A stretch of 64,000 bases of DNA from a virus (lineage: Duplodnaviria; Caudoviricetes). Shown in pieces: positions 30,582 to 38,968 of the stretch. How positions within the stretch are numbered: position 1 is the first letter of the stretch; each line of letters starts with the position of its first letter. Under the pieces are notes generated by a model, which did not search any database, had not been told where the DNA came from, and was given only the letters and a program-made list of their open reading frames with translations. Made by a program: the position numbers and the translations under genes. The stretch lies in the IMG/VR virus record IMGVR_UViG_3300022602_000027, one strand, 5' to 3'.

Positions 30582-30907
30582 TATACTGGTAGTGTACTTA
30601 CAACAATTGATAGGTATGATGTTGTTCCTGATTGAACCCAAATAGCATCTCCGTTACCTAATACTAATTTTTCTTGATCTAAACTTACAGTTTCAGTTGC
30701 TGGAATTAGTAACGCATTTATAATTATGTTAGCAGTTGTGTTCGATTGCCCGCTAGGTACTGCCCATACTGTTACTGTATCTGCTGTGCTGGCATTACTA
30801 TTACAAATGATTATAGAAGTAATGGCATTGCCGATACTAGGACTAGTTACAGTTGGTAATGTTACTGCTGTTGCTGAAGTTGTTATTTGTTGTGCGTTTA
30901 ATGCCAT
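30581..30907 (-). CDS. Small beta-rich virion protein (108 aa)
   Basis: AAGGA RBS; ITSIIICN...I.A.ET.SLD.EKLVL..GD.I pattern; paralog of 3520..3858. Confidence 0.7.
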   Translation of the reverse strand: MALNAQQITTSATAVTLPTVTSPSIGNAITSIIICNSNASTADTVTVWAVPSGQSNTTANIIINALLIPATETVSLDQEKLVLGNGDAIWVQSGTTSYLSIVVSTLPV

Positions 30908-30916
30908 AATCTGTCC

Positions 30917-32320
30917 TTATAGTAAAATACTTAGCAGTACTGCTCGTTTTCTACTTATTAATTCATCTGCTGTTTGTACTGTACTATTTACAATATACAA
31001 ACCTGTGCGTCCTGGTCCAACAGTAGAACTTGAATACATTTGTGTGCTAGAACTCATTGTACCACTGTTATAACTTAATGTTGCTTGATTGTCAAATCTT
31101 GTATAAGCATTAACTTCAATAGTGCCACTATTTGCAGTCAATATTAAATTGTTACTGCTAATATCGTTAATAGTGTCACCATATATACGAACACTACCTA
31201 CTGTTAAACTTCCGCTGGCGCTAGTTGTAGTTCCGCTTGAGGCAGTTCCTGTAACTGCGGCAAAGTATCCAATTGGATTTGTTATGACAGGATTGTTTAC
31301 ATTAAACTGAATTTGTCCTGTTGCGGCAGTTGTACCTGTAATTGCAACACTTCCAAACGTACTGTTGGTAAATGTTAATCCAGTTGTTGTTCCTGCTGTA
31401 GTTGCTAATGCTACATTACCTAAAGTTTGTAGTGTAAATGTATTGTATCCGTTAGTTGCTGAAATTTTATAAGTTGATGTTACTGGATAGTTGACAATAC
31501 CACCTGATCCAGTTAGTGTTCCACTTATTGTAATTTGCATTCCAACAAACAAGGAAGCGTTACTACAGAAAAATTGTCCGGCAGTTCCGGTAATTATAAC
31601 TCCACTAAGAGTTGGAGTTAAAGGAAATTGTATAATATTAGTAAGAGCTTGTCCCCAATTAGAGCCTGTATAACTGCTGGCTACATAATTGTTCAAGTAC
31701 TGAATATTTGGAATATGATAATTTGATAATCCTAAACTAGCATAATTGTATGCGCTAGAATTTAATGTATTTGTTACACCATCATATACTGCACCAGAAT
31801 TAACAATAGACAATGCGTAAGCTCCGCCTTGCAAATCAAATGCTAAGTCGCCGCTTGTGTCTGTTGTAATTGTTCTTAATTGAAGTGCGTTTAAAACTTG
31901 TGCGCCATCTGTTGCGCCTGTTCTTAGTACAAATGTACCTGTGCCAGTTAATGGACTAACAGTTCCTGATTCGCCAGGAATTGTTGAGTCGTAATGTTTA
32001 ACTGTTTCACTATAAAAAATTTGCGCGGGCAATGCTGTGCCGCGATCAATTTGAAAACCTGCTTCATATGGTGATGTTGTAATACCATTAGTAAGCAAAC
32101 CTGTATTAATTTCAAAAAATGGATCAGAAACTGTAGTAGTAGTTGATTCAATTGTAGTTGTTACACCTTTGACATCTAAGTTACCCCAAATAGTAACTTT
32201 TCCATAATTGCTACCTGCACCTCTCCCTACTGCGGTACCGGTAGTATCAAAGATGATATTGCCGCCTGGCTTTACCTGTAGACTATAATCACCGTTGCTG
32301 ACTTTTACAATTTTTGACAT
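30917..32320 (-). CDS. Putative virion structural protein (467 aa)
   Basis: GNLDVKG.TTTIESTT..V.DP motif seen in phage fibre/neck proteins; carries one inserted module. Confidence 0.7.
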   Translation of the reverse strand: MSKIVKVSNGDYSLQVKPGGNIIFDTTGTAVGRGAGSNYGKVTIWGNLDVKGVTTTIESTTTTVSDPFFEINTGLLTNGITTSPYEAGFQIDRGTALPAQIFYSETVKHYDSTIPGESGTVSPLTGTGTFVLRTGATDGAQVLNALQLRTITTDTSGDLAFDLQGGAYALSIVNSGAVYDGVTNTLNSSAYNYASLGLSNYHIPNIQYLNNYVASSYTGSNWGQALTNIIQFPLTPTLSGVIITGTAGQFFCSNASLFVGMQITISGTLTGSGGIVNYPVTSTYKISATNGYNTFTLQTLGNVALATTAGTTTGLTFTNSTFGSVAITGTTAATGQIQFNVNNPVITNPIGYFAAVTGTASSGTTTSASGSLTVGSVRIYGDTINDISSNNLILTANSGTIEVNAYTRFDNQATLSYNSGTMSSSTQMYSSSTVGPGRTGLYIVNSTVQTADELISRKRAVLLSILL

Positions 32321-32341
32321 TAGGAATCCTGTTAGGTTATC

Positions 32342-32361
32342 AGGGGGAGTTTCCTCCCCCT
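32342..32361 (-). terminator. GC-rich hairpin AGGGGGAG-GAAA-CTCCCCCT (terminator or stabilising stem; no clear U tract)
   Basis: Perfect 8-bp stem with a GNRA loop, 10 nt after the stop of the 508-aa gene. Confidence 0.5.
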
Positions 32362-32371
32362 TGATTAACTA

Positions 32372-33898
32372 TTAAGCGTTATCTAGTGTTACTGAAACGT
32401 TAGCTGTTGGAGTTGTTAAATTCCATTGTGCCGCTTGTCCAGTAGTCCATTGTGTACCTGAAATTGGAGTTAAGTATGCCTTACGGTTTGTTAACTTAGA
32501 TACAGCATAGATACCACCAGCACTATCAGTAGCAATGATTGCCATTTGACCTGCTGTCAAACTGCTTTCGCCAACTGCTGTTAATTTGCATAGTGTACCT
32601 GGATAGCTTCCGCCTTGTTGAATAACACGGAATGTACGTGAACCTTCTTGTTTGATGATGTCACAATCGGTATACAATGTTCCGCCAATGTTAGCATTAG
32701 CAATAATCTGCTCGTAACGTCCTGTGTAACCACTTGTTACTTGAGCTGCCAATGTAGCTGTAGCTGTAGCTGAACCAGAACTTACTGTTACAACTGGTGT
32801 GTAACCAGCGATTGTAACTGCATCACTAACTGTGTAAGTGAATGTTAAGCTACCAAAACCGTTACCAGCAACAATTGCCAATGCACTTGTACCTGCAATA
32901 GCGTTTGCTTGAGTTGCATATAATGTACCGCCAGTAGTTGTTAAACTTGGACCACCAATGTAATATACTGTACCAACTGTTGGAACTGATCCACCAATTG
33001 TACCTGTACCTGCGGCTGAACCACCAACTGTAATTGCTGTACCAACTGGTAAAGCTGTAGTTGTTGCTGTATAGCTAACTGTTGTACCTGTTGCATAAGC
33101 AAATGATGCTAGTGCGGCTGAGTTAGGTTGCGCTGTTGTTGATTGTAGTGTACCAACCCCTGCACCAGTAACTGAAGCACTTAATGTAACTACTTTAGTT
33201 GCTGTGTTAACAGATTTGATATAGTAACCTGTACCACCTGTCAAACCACCAATTGACTGATTTGGTGTAAACTTCATACCAACAACCATTTCATCAATTG
33301 AACTAACTGTAATGTTACCACTACCGTCAACTGCTGTGATGCTCATTGATTTTGTATCAGCTGAATCAATATAACCATCACCGCCATTGTTAGTTAATGA
33401 ATAACTTGTAATTGTGAATGATGTTAATGTGAATGTGGCGGCTACTGTAAATGTGCTACCTACCGCTGTCAATGCTGACGCACCCGATGTTGCACCAGTC
33501 CATGTACCGCCTGAAGTTACTGAGTTAACTGTTGTAATAACACCAGAACTGTTTGTTGTAACGTTTAGTACTGCTGTACCACCACCTTGAGCACCTGAAC
33601 CTGTTACTGAAACAGTAAATGTGCTTGAGTTTGGATAACCAGAACCGCCACTTGTTACGCTAGCCGCGGCCGCTGTTAATACTGCAACTGCTGTAGCTTG
33701 TACACCGTTAGCAAGTTGTGGACCAAAGATTGATAAACTTGGAGCACCAGATGTATAACCTGTTAGTGTACCGCCTGTTGCAAGACTTGCAATATTTGAA
33801 CCACCAATGCCGGCATCAACTGCGGCAGAGCGGCTATATGTACCTGATGCTGACGCATTACGTGAGCCAAAGTACTTTTTATTAAGAGGACGTCCCAT
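32372..33898 (-). CDS. Putative head/neck decoration or fibre protein (508 aa, MGRPLNKKYFG family)
   Basis: AAGGAG RBS; short N-terminus and IIKQEGSRTFRV...KLTNRKA C-terminus around T/G/A-rich inserted modules. Confidence 0.7.
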   Translation of the reverse strand: MGRPLNKKYFGSRNASASGTYSRSAAVDAGIGGSNIASLATGGTLTGYTSGAPSLSIFGPQLANGVQATAVAVLTAAAASVTSGGSGYPNSSTFTVSVTGSGAQGGGTAVLNVTTNSSGVITTVNSVTSGGTWTGATSGASALTAVGSTFTVAATFTLTSFTITSYSLTNNGGDGYIDSADTKSMSITAVDGSGNITVSSIDEMVVGMKFTPNQSIGGLTGGTGYYIKSVNTATKVVTLSASVTGAGVGTLQSTTAQPNSAALASFAYATGTTVSYTATTTALPVGTAITVGGSAAGTGTIGGSVPTVGTVYYIGGPSLTTTGGTLYATQANAIAGTSALAIVAGNGFGSLTFTYTVSDAVTIAGYTPVVTVSSGSATATATLAAQVTSGYTGRYEQIIANANIGGTLYTDCDIIKQEGSRTFRVIQQGGSYPGTLCKLTAVGESSLTAGQMAIIATDSAGGIYAVSKLTNRKAYLTPISGTQWTTGQAAQWNLTTPTANVSVTLDNA

Positions 33899-33901
33899 TT
33901 T

Positions 33902-33979
33902 GTTTTCTCCTTATGAAAAACACGGCGTTCTAGGCCGTACGCAGTTGGATTTCTGCATAAAACTCACCCCATGTGAGTT
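33902..33979 (-). promoter_or_regulatory. About 90-nt structured 5' leader of the 508-aa gene (four adjacent hairpins, the last covering the RBS)
   Basis: Stems 33979-33961, 33959-33938, 33937-33923 and 33921-33902, read directly from the sequence. Confidence 0.55.
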
Positions 33980-33988
33980 GTTACTATG

Positions 33989-33994
33989 TATTTA
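33989..33994 (-). promoter_or_regulatory. Late promoter motif TAAATA overlapping the upstream stop codon
   Basis: GCA TAA ATA at the end of the 194-aa gene. Confidence 0.55.
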
Positions 33995-34576
33995 TGCGTA
34001 TGTGATTCTTAAGCTAGCTTGATCTAAATAAGCTGTATCACTATGAGGGTAAATTACATTACTTTTAAAACTAACAACTACTCCAAAGGTAGGATCTGCT
34101 ACATTAGCGGCTGTGAGTGTTGTGCCCCATAGATCTGCAGGACCCCCATAGATACTAAGGTCTCCTACCGGATTTAACGGTTCAAGCAACTCCCCTGTGT
34201 ACATATCACTTTGTACTGGATTAATTGTACTAGCATAATTGTTACCAATTAGTTGTCCGTTAAGAGTTAATTGTATAATTAAATCTTCAATACGTGCTTG
34301 TCGTTGAATATTTAGTTGTAACTCAATACCAACTATAGTGCCACTAGAACTAGGAATTTTATAACCAGTACACCATAACTGACTTGTATTGCTTAAAAAC
34401 TTTTCCATCCATAGTCCGCTTACAGTATACAACGGTTTTTTACTTGTGGCATAAGCACCTGGTGCAAGTGCAATTGGATTATATTTCCAGTCTATACTAG
34501 GTATTCCTGTTATCTCATTAGGAATGTTAATATTAGATATAGAAGTTGGATCGTAAAATTTTGTAGTGGTCATCAT
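33992..34576 (-). CDS. Hypothetical protein next to the capsid gene (194 aa; start corrected to MMTTTK), possible capsid decoration protein
   Basis: The ORF-track start lies inside the terminator hairpin; TAAATA immediately precedes ATGATG. Confidence 0.6.
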   Translation of the reverse strand: MMTTTKFYDPTSISNINIPNEITGIPSIDWKYNPIALAPGAYATSKKPLYTVSGLWMEKFLSNTSQLWCTGYKIPSSSGTIVGIELQLNIQRQARIEDLIIQLTLNGQLIGNNYASTINPVQSDMYTGELLEPLNPVGDLSIYGGPADLWGTTLTAANVADPTFGVVVSFKSNVIYPHSDTAYLDQASLRITYA

Positions 34577-34577
34577 A

Positions 34578-34583
34578 TATTTA
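34578..34583 (-). promoter_or_regulatory. Late promoter motif TAAATA
   Basis: Directly after the capsid terminator and before the ATG at 34576. Confidence 0.55.
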
Positions 34584-34593
34584 ACCAAAGAGA

Positions 34594-34613
34594 AAGGGCA
34601 CCGAAGTGCCCTT
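34594..34613 (-). terminator. Intrinsic terminator after the major capsid gene
   Basis: AAGGGCAC-TTCG-GTGCCCTT followed by TCTCTTT (C-UUCG-G loop). Confidence 0.85.
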
Positions 34614-34638
34614 GTCATTTACAAACTCTAGGTTTGAA

Positions 34639-35814
34639 TTAGCTGAACTTAACGTTAGCTGAAGTAATACCAACTAGACCTAGATAGTCAGCGGCGTTAC
34701 CTAGAGAAGATGCAGTATTTGACAACTCAACATAACCATAACGTGTCATGAATGATACGACTGGTTCAAATGTTGATGGGTCAAGAACAACACCACTGCT
34801 CATCAATGGAATGTATGGGCAATAGAATGCTGGAGCATCTGATTCACTAGCACCTTTGTATCCAATTAGGATAGATGCTGTATCTTGTGCATAGCTGTTA
34901 ACATACACTTTCATTGCATTGTTCAATGTACCAACAAACTTAGTGTTTGTAGGAGCTTCGAATGTGCCTTCTGTTGTACGTGCAAAAGCTGATGTTGTAG
35001 CACTTTGTAGGATGGTTAATGCAAATGGGCTAACCACTGCATAGTTACCAGCGCCACGACGTGTACGTTGTGCAATCAAGTTACTTACGCGGTTGATCAT
35101 AACAGCAAGAGCCGCATGTTCGTCACCAACGAATGTAGCAGTACCAGAAACTTGTGACTGATCATAAGTTTGTGTTGCTGTACCAGCTAAGTTTGTTAGA
35201 GATGCAATAATTTCTTGATCAATTTCAGCTGTGATTTCTTGAGCCAAAGCAGCCATAACTTCAGCTTCAACGTCAATACCTTGTTGGGCTTGTGCGTCTT
35301 GTGCTGACTCAAATGTCCAACGTGCAGACAATTTACGAGTTTTAGCTTCAACTGTTTGTTTCAAGATTTGAATGCTTAGACGGTTACCTGGTTGACCTTC
35401 TAAAGTCGCTGTTGAAGCGGCCTTAGCGGCTGCATCGTTAGCGTTACCAGAGTAACTAGCGGCAATCTTGAATGGGCTTAATGCCTCTTCACCTGCTAGA
35501 ACGTTCGCACCACTTGATGTATCGCTGTAGCGTACACGCAATGTGTGGATTTGTCCAACAGGGCCAGTCATTGGTTGTACACCAACCAACTCGTTAGCGA
35601 TAACGGTTGGCATAACACGACGGATCACTGGAAGGATCACGCGGTTTAAAGTTGCAACGTTGCCAGCAGAAGTAGCACCAGCAGTTGGGGATTCCATCAA
35701 ATACTTGCGAGTATTTTCAAGTGTTACACCCATTACTGATTTTTTTGTGCCTTGCAAGCCTTCTAATAGGGCTTCTTTGGTCTCTGCCCAACGTCCGTTT
35801 AATAGTTCTGACAT
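34639..35814 (-). CDS. gp23: Major capsid protein, T4 gp23-like (391 aa)
   Basis: GVQPMTGPVGQIHTLR, EAKTRKLSARW, QEITAEIDQEI, FYCPYIPL and FMTRYG motifs. Confidence 0.95.
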   Translation of the reverse strand: MSELLNGRWAETKEALLEGLQGTKKSVMGVTLENTRKYLMESPTAGATSAGNVATLNRVILPVIRRVMPTVIANELVGVQPMTGPVGQIHTLRVRYSDTSSGANVLAGEEALSPFKIAASYSGNANDAAAKAASTATLEGQPGNRLSIQILKQTVEAKTRKLSARWTFESAQDAQAQQGIDVEAEVMAALAQEITAEIDQEIIASLTNLAGTATQTYDQSQVSGTATFVGDEHAALAVMINRVSNLIAQRTRRGAGNYAVVSPFALTILQSATTSAFARTTEGTFEAPTNTKFVGTLNNAMKVYVNSYAQDTASILIGYKGASESDAPAFYCPYIPLMSSGVVLDPSTFEPVVSFMTRYGYVELSNTASSLGNAADYLGLVGITSANVKFS

Positions 35815-35826
35815 TTAAATTTCTCC

Positions 35827-36930
35827 TTAAAATTTTAGTCCAGCAAGACGACGTATATCTACGATATTGCTATCACTTGATACGCTCTCACTGCTATTTT
35901 GGTTGTTGGAAATCTTATTTCCTGTAACTTCTTTTGCCTCTACTAGTGCCTGTTTCTTCTGCGGAGCTTTGCCAGCAATAACGCTAGGCAAATACTTTTC
36001 AAAACTTTCGTTTAGACGTTCTGTTTTCACAGTCTCCATCAACTCGCTCATGATAGCTTTCTGCTCACTGTTAAGTGGGCTTAGTAACTCGCTCATGATT
36101 TGTTTTCTTGTTTGACTCTCTTTAAGAGCACGGATTTCAACTTCTTTACTTTCTAGGATTGCTTCAGCTTTGACAACTGCCTTTGCGGCTTCTTGCATTG
36201 CTTGATCTTTCAAGTCTATGACTTTGAGTAATTTTGCTGTTTCCGATTTTTCATTTAGGTATGATGACTGATATTCAGCGGCAAAAGCCTCGAATAACTT
36301 ACGTCCAAAGTCTTGACGACGAGCGGCTTCGATGTCTTCTTTTAATGTTGCCATTTCAGAACGTAGTCCTGATTCTACAACATTTTCAACCATCTTAGCG
36401 GCACGTTGAACAAATGCTTCTTTTACCTTCTTGATTTCTTGACGACCTTCGCGAACTAGGCGAACCTTAGTTTCTGCTAGGTCACGTTTATCTTGCGTAA
36501 ACTCTGTAATTTCTTGAGCTAGAGCCTCTACTACGAACTGTTCTAGTTTACCGAATTTGCTTGCCATTGTAACTTGATCTTCGTGCAACTCTTTTACTTC
36601 AGAAGCTAGTTGACGAACAACGAATTGCTTCATTGTTTCGGATACTTTCTTCTTTTCTTGAGCTAGCTTAACTTTCATTTCAGCTAATTGGGCACGATCA
36701 TCTGCGAACTCAACAATTTCAGCGGCTAGTTGTTCAGAGATCATACGATCTACTGCTTCAACCATCGTTGCTTTGTCATGTTCATATTTTTGCGCAAACT
36801 CTTCGCGTAGTTGTTGAGTAGCTTGTTCTTTTGCCTCGTTGATACGAGACTCGAACGCTTGCTCGATTGACTCTTTGATCTCCTCAGAAATCACATTGTT
36901 TTCAAATAAAGATTTTAGTGCATCCAACAT
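35827..36930 (-). CDS. gp22: Prohead core scaffold protein, gp22-like (367 aa)
   Basis: Coiled-coil E/K/A-rich sequence located between the protease and capsid genes. Confidence 0.85.
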   Translation of the reverse strand: MLDALKSLFENNVISEEIKESIEQAFESRINEAKEQATQQLREEFAQKYEHDKATMVEAVDRMISEQLAAEIVEFADDRAQLAEMKVKLAQEKKKVSETMKQFVVRQLASEVKELHEDQVTMASKFGKLEQFVVEALAQEITEFTQDKRDLAETKVRLVREGRQEIKKVKEAFVQRAAKMVENVVESGLRSEMATLKEDIEAARRQDFGRKLFEAFAAEYQSSYLNEKSETAKLLKVIDLKDQAMQEAAKAVVKAEAILESKEVEIRALKESQTRKQIMSELLSPLNSEQKAIMSELMETVKTERLNESFEKYLPSVIAGKAPQKKQALVEAKEVTGNKISNNQNSSESVSSDSNIVDIRRLAGLKF

Positions 36931-36943
36931 GTGATTCTCCTTA

Positions 36944-37579
36944 TTATTGGAGTTTGTTTATTATTGCTAATAAACTCTCTTTGAGATATTTTTGTGCTTT
37001 AGGATCTCCCTTAACCTCTTGCGCTATGCGTAAGGCATTTAATCCTCCCTTATTATTCATAAGGTGTTCATAAATTGGTGTGGGATATGCTCCAGGAGCA
37101 CTAGGTTGAGCTACCATATCTACTGTGATAATCTCAAAATCTGATACTTCACCGGATCCGTCATCTCTGACGTTTCCGGATCCGCGACTTGAAACACCTA
37201 ACTTAACTCCGCTTTCCAGCATTGTGCGAATTAGTTGTCCCATAGGGGTTGGTAAAATTTTCAATTTACCATAACCATTAGGACCGTCCATCCACATATT
37301 AACTATCATGTGGCTTACACGGTCCAGGTTAATTTTTAGATCATCTGGATGATCCACTTCTCCGAGAACTGAATAACCGTTTTGAATCTGATCGTTAAGG
37401 GTTTTGACAGCCTTGCCAATCTCGCTCACAGGGTACACACGCTGGTTTGCATTACGGATTCCTCCTTGGATGCAAATACCAGACATGTATAAATTTTTCC
37501 CGTCTTTGTCATCAGACTCAACGATCATTTTTGCTTCGTTGAAACTGAGATTCTCTCGGAGATATAACATATTTTTCAA
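36944..37579 (-). CDS. gp21: Prohead protease, gp21-like (211 aa)
   Basis: N.N.RVYP, GEVDHP (His), GVSSRGSG (Ser) and TVDMVAQPSAP motifs. Confidence 0.95.
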   Translation of the reverse strand: MKNMLYLRENLSFNEAKMIVESDDKDGKNLYMSGICIQGGIRNANQRVYPVSEIGKAVKTLNDQIQNGYSVLGEVDHPDDLKINLDRVSHMIVNMWMDGPNGYGKLKILPTPMGQLIRTMLESGVKLGVSSRGSGNVRDDGSGEVSDFEIITVDMVAQPSAPGAYPTPIYEHLMNNKGGLNALRIAQEVKGDPKAQKYLKESLLAIINKLQ

Positions 37580-37592
37580 TGTTGTGTCCTAA

Positions 37593-38600
37593 TTAACGTA
37601 CACGCTTACTGATTAAAGACTTCGTGTTGCTTTCGCCACGTCCGCTTGAATCTTTAGCGCCTACTTGCTTACCTGGTTGATCAAAGCCAGACTGTGCATC
37701 AATACCGCCGCCTTTTACGCGAGTCTTGAAACCTGTCTTACCTGCATCAACACCTGGTGTATTTTGTACTTTACCAATCAATGGCTTAGTAGTTGGAGCT
37801 TCCAAACCACCTTTTGTTCCGCCAGCTTTAACACCTGCGTCACCGTGTACTTCAACATGGTTCTGAGCGATGTTAGCAGTTGTACCACCCATATCGTTCT
37901 TCATGTTGTCAATTAATGATTTTGTATTGCCAGAAGCTTTGTAGCTGCCGCCAGTACTTGCACCAACGTTTTGTAATTCTGTTGTATTAGCAATGTAAGC
38001 ACCTTGACCGTATGGTACACCAATCTTGTTAACGTATTCCATTAGTCCTGCTAATTCATCTGGACCAGCGCCGTCATGCTCTCCGCCATGCATTTCTGCA
38101 TCTAAATCGTGCATTGGTTCACCGTCGCCATGAATGCCTGGCTCGTTTTCTTCTTCGTGTTCTTCGCCTTGCAATAGTTGTTCAAACTCTGCTTTTAGGT
38201 CTTCTAGTGCGTCTTCTAGGTCCATAACGCGGTCTTCCATATCACCGCCTTCTTCGCCTTCGCCGTCTTCTTCGCCGCCGAATGGATCTTCTTCGCCGTC
38301 ATCTTCTGCGTCGTCTTCAGCGCCGTCATCTTCTGCGTCGTCTTCAGCGCCATCATCTTCCTCTTCTTCCTCTTCTTCCTCACCTTCTTCAGAAGATTTA
38401 GGTTCAAAACTTTCTTCTTCCTCTTCTTCCTCTTCTTTGTAAGGATTACCCTGATCTTGTTTAAAATCAGATTCTAATAATTCTTCGTAGATTTCTCGGC
38501 TTTTGCCTACTACGATATTGTGAAAAATCTCTTTTGCTGTTTCTTGATCTTCATTGATCAAAGCTTCAAGCATTGCTTCAAATTGAGCGCGGTCAGTCAT
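37593..38600 (-). CDS. Highly acidic prohead core protein, gp67-like (335 aa)
   Basis: Long poly-E/D tracts; position between portal and protease as in T4-like head modules. Confidence 0.65.
   Translation of the reverse strand: MTDRAQFEAMLEALINEDQETAKEIFHNIVVGKSREIYEELLESDFKQDQGNPYKEEEEEEEESFEPKSSEEGEEEEEEEEDDGAEDDAEDDGAEDDAEDDGEEDPFGGEEDGEGEEGGDMEDRVMDLEDALEDLKAEFEQLLQGEEHEEENEPGIHGDGEPMHDLDAEMHGGEHDGAGPDELAGLMEYVNKIGVPYGQGAYIANTTELQNVGASTGGSYKASGNTKSLIDNMKNDMGGTTANIAQNHVEVHGDAGVKAGGTKGGLEAPTTKPLIGKVQNTPGVDAGKTGFKTRVKGGGIDAQSGFDQPGKQVGAKDSSGRGESNTKSLISKRVR
38294..38351. repeat. Perfect 27-nt tandem duplication encoding DDGAEDDAE twice
   Basis: CGCCGTCATCTTCTGCGTCGTCTTCAG at 38294 and 38321, then CGCC. 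Confidence 0.9.
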
Positions 38601-38639
38601 GTTGTGTTCTCCTGTGATTATAGATACAAGGCTGTAATA

Positions 38640-38645
38640 TATTTA
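38640..38645 (-). promoter_or_regulatory. Late promoter motif TAAATA
   Basis: Intergenic, 40 nt upstream of the ATG at 38600. Confidence 0.6.
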
Positions 38646-38674
38646 CAAATTTATTAAAAAAGTAGGCGGATATG

Positions 38675-38698
38675 TGTCAAAAACGAGTCGTTTTGACA
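38675..38698. terminator. Intergenic inverted repeat TGTCAAAA...TTTTGACA
   Basis: 8-bp or longer stem just after the stop at 38710; function uncertain. Confidence 0.35.
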
Positions 38699-38709
38699 AT
38701 TTTTGATGA

Positions 38710-38958
38710 TTAAGCAGGAGCGCCAGCTTCCGGAGCAGGTGCCGCATACATTGCGGTTATGAATTCTAATTCTCTTTCTTGCTCTAAAATATGTGCTTCT
38801 GTGCTTTTTCTTAGTTCGTTTATTTGTCTAAGAGTTAATCTTGTTTTACGAGTGTCGTCGCGATGCAACATAGCGTTATCACGACCTGCATCGTAACGCA
38901 AGTCATTAGCCACGTGTCTCGTGTCAGGATCAATATAAAATAATTCTCTTAGGATCAT
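38710..38958 (-). CDS. Small head-module protein (82 aa; start corrected to MILRELF)
   Basis: TAAATA 4 nt upstream of the ATG at 38958; RKTRLTLRQINELRK helix; lies between portal and core genes. Confidence 0.65.
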   Translation of the reverse strand: MILRELFYIDPDTRHVANDLRYDAGRDNAMLHRDDTRKTRLTLRQINELRKSTEAHILEQERELEFITAMYAAPAPEAGAPA

Positions 38959-38962
38959 ACTA

Positions 38963-38968
38963 TATTTA
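38963..38968 (-). promoter_or_regulatory. Late promoter motif TAAATA overlapping the portal stop codon
   Basis: GCA TAA ATA TAG T ATG. Confidence 0.5.

Noticed and set aside
95-33300. Many 60-125 aa ORFs antisense to or nested in the fibre genes
   Set aside because: They are by-products of the T/S/G/A codon bias of the real genes, with V/P/L-rich translations, no RBS and no family motifs
38134-38442. Poly-Ser antisense ORF and K-rich alternative-frame ORF
   Set aside because: Mirror images of the GAA/GAT-rich acidic tract in the core protein gene
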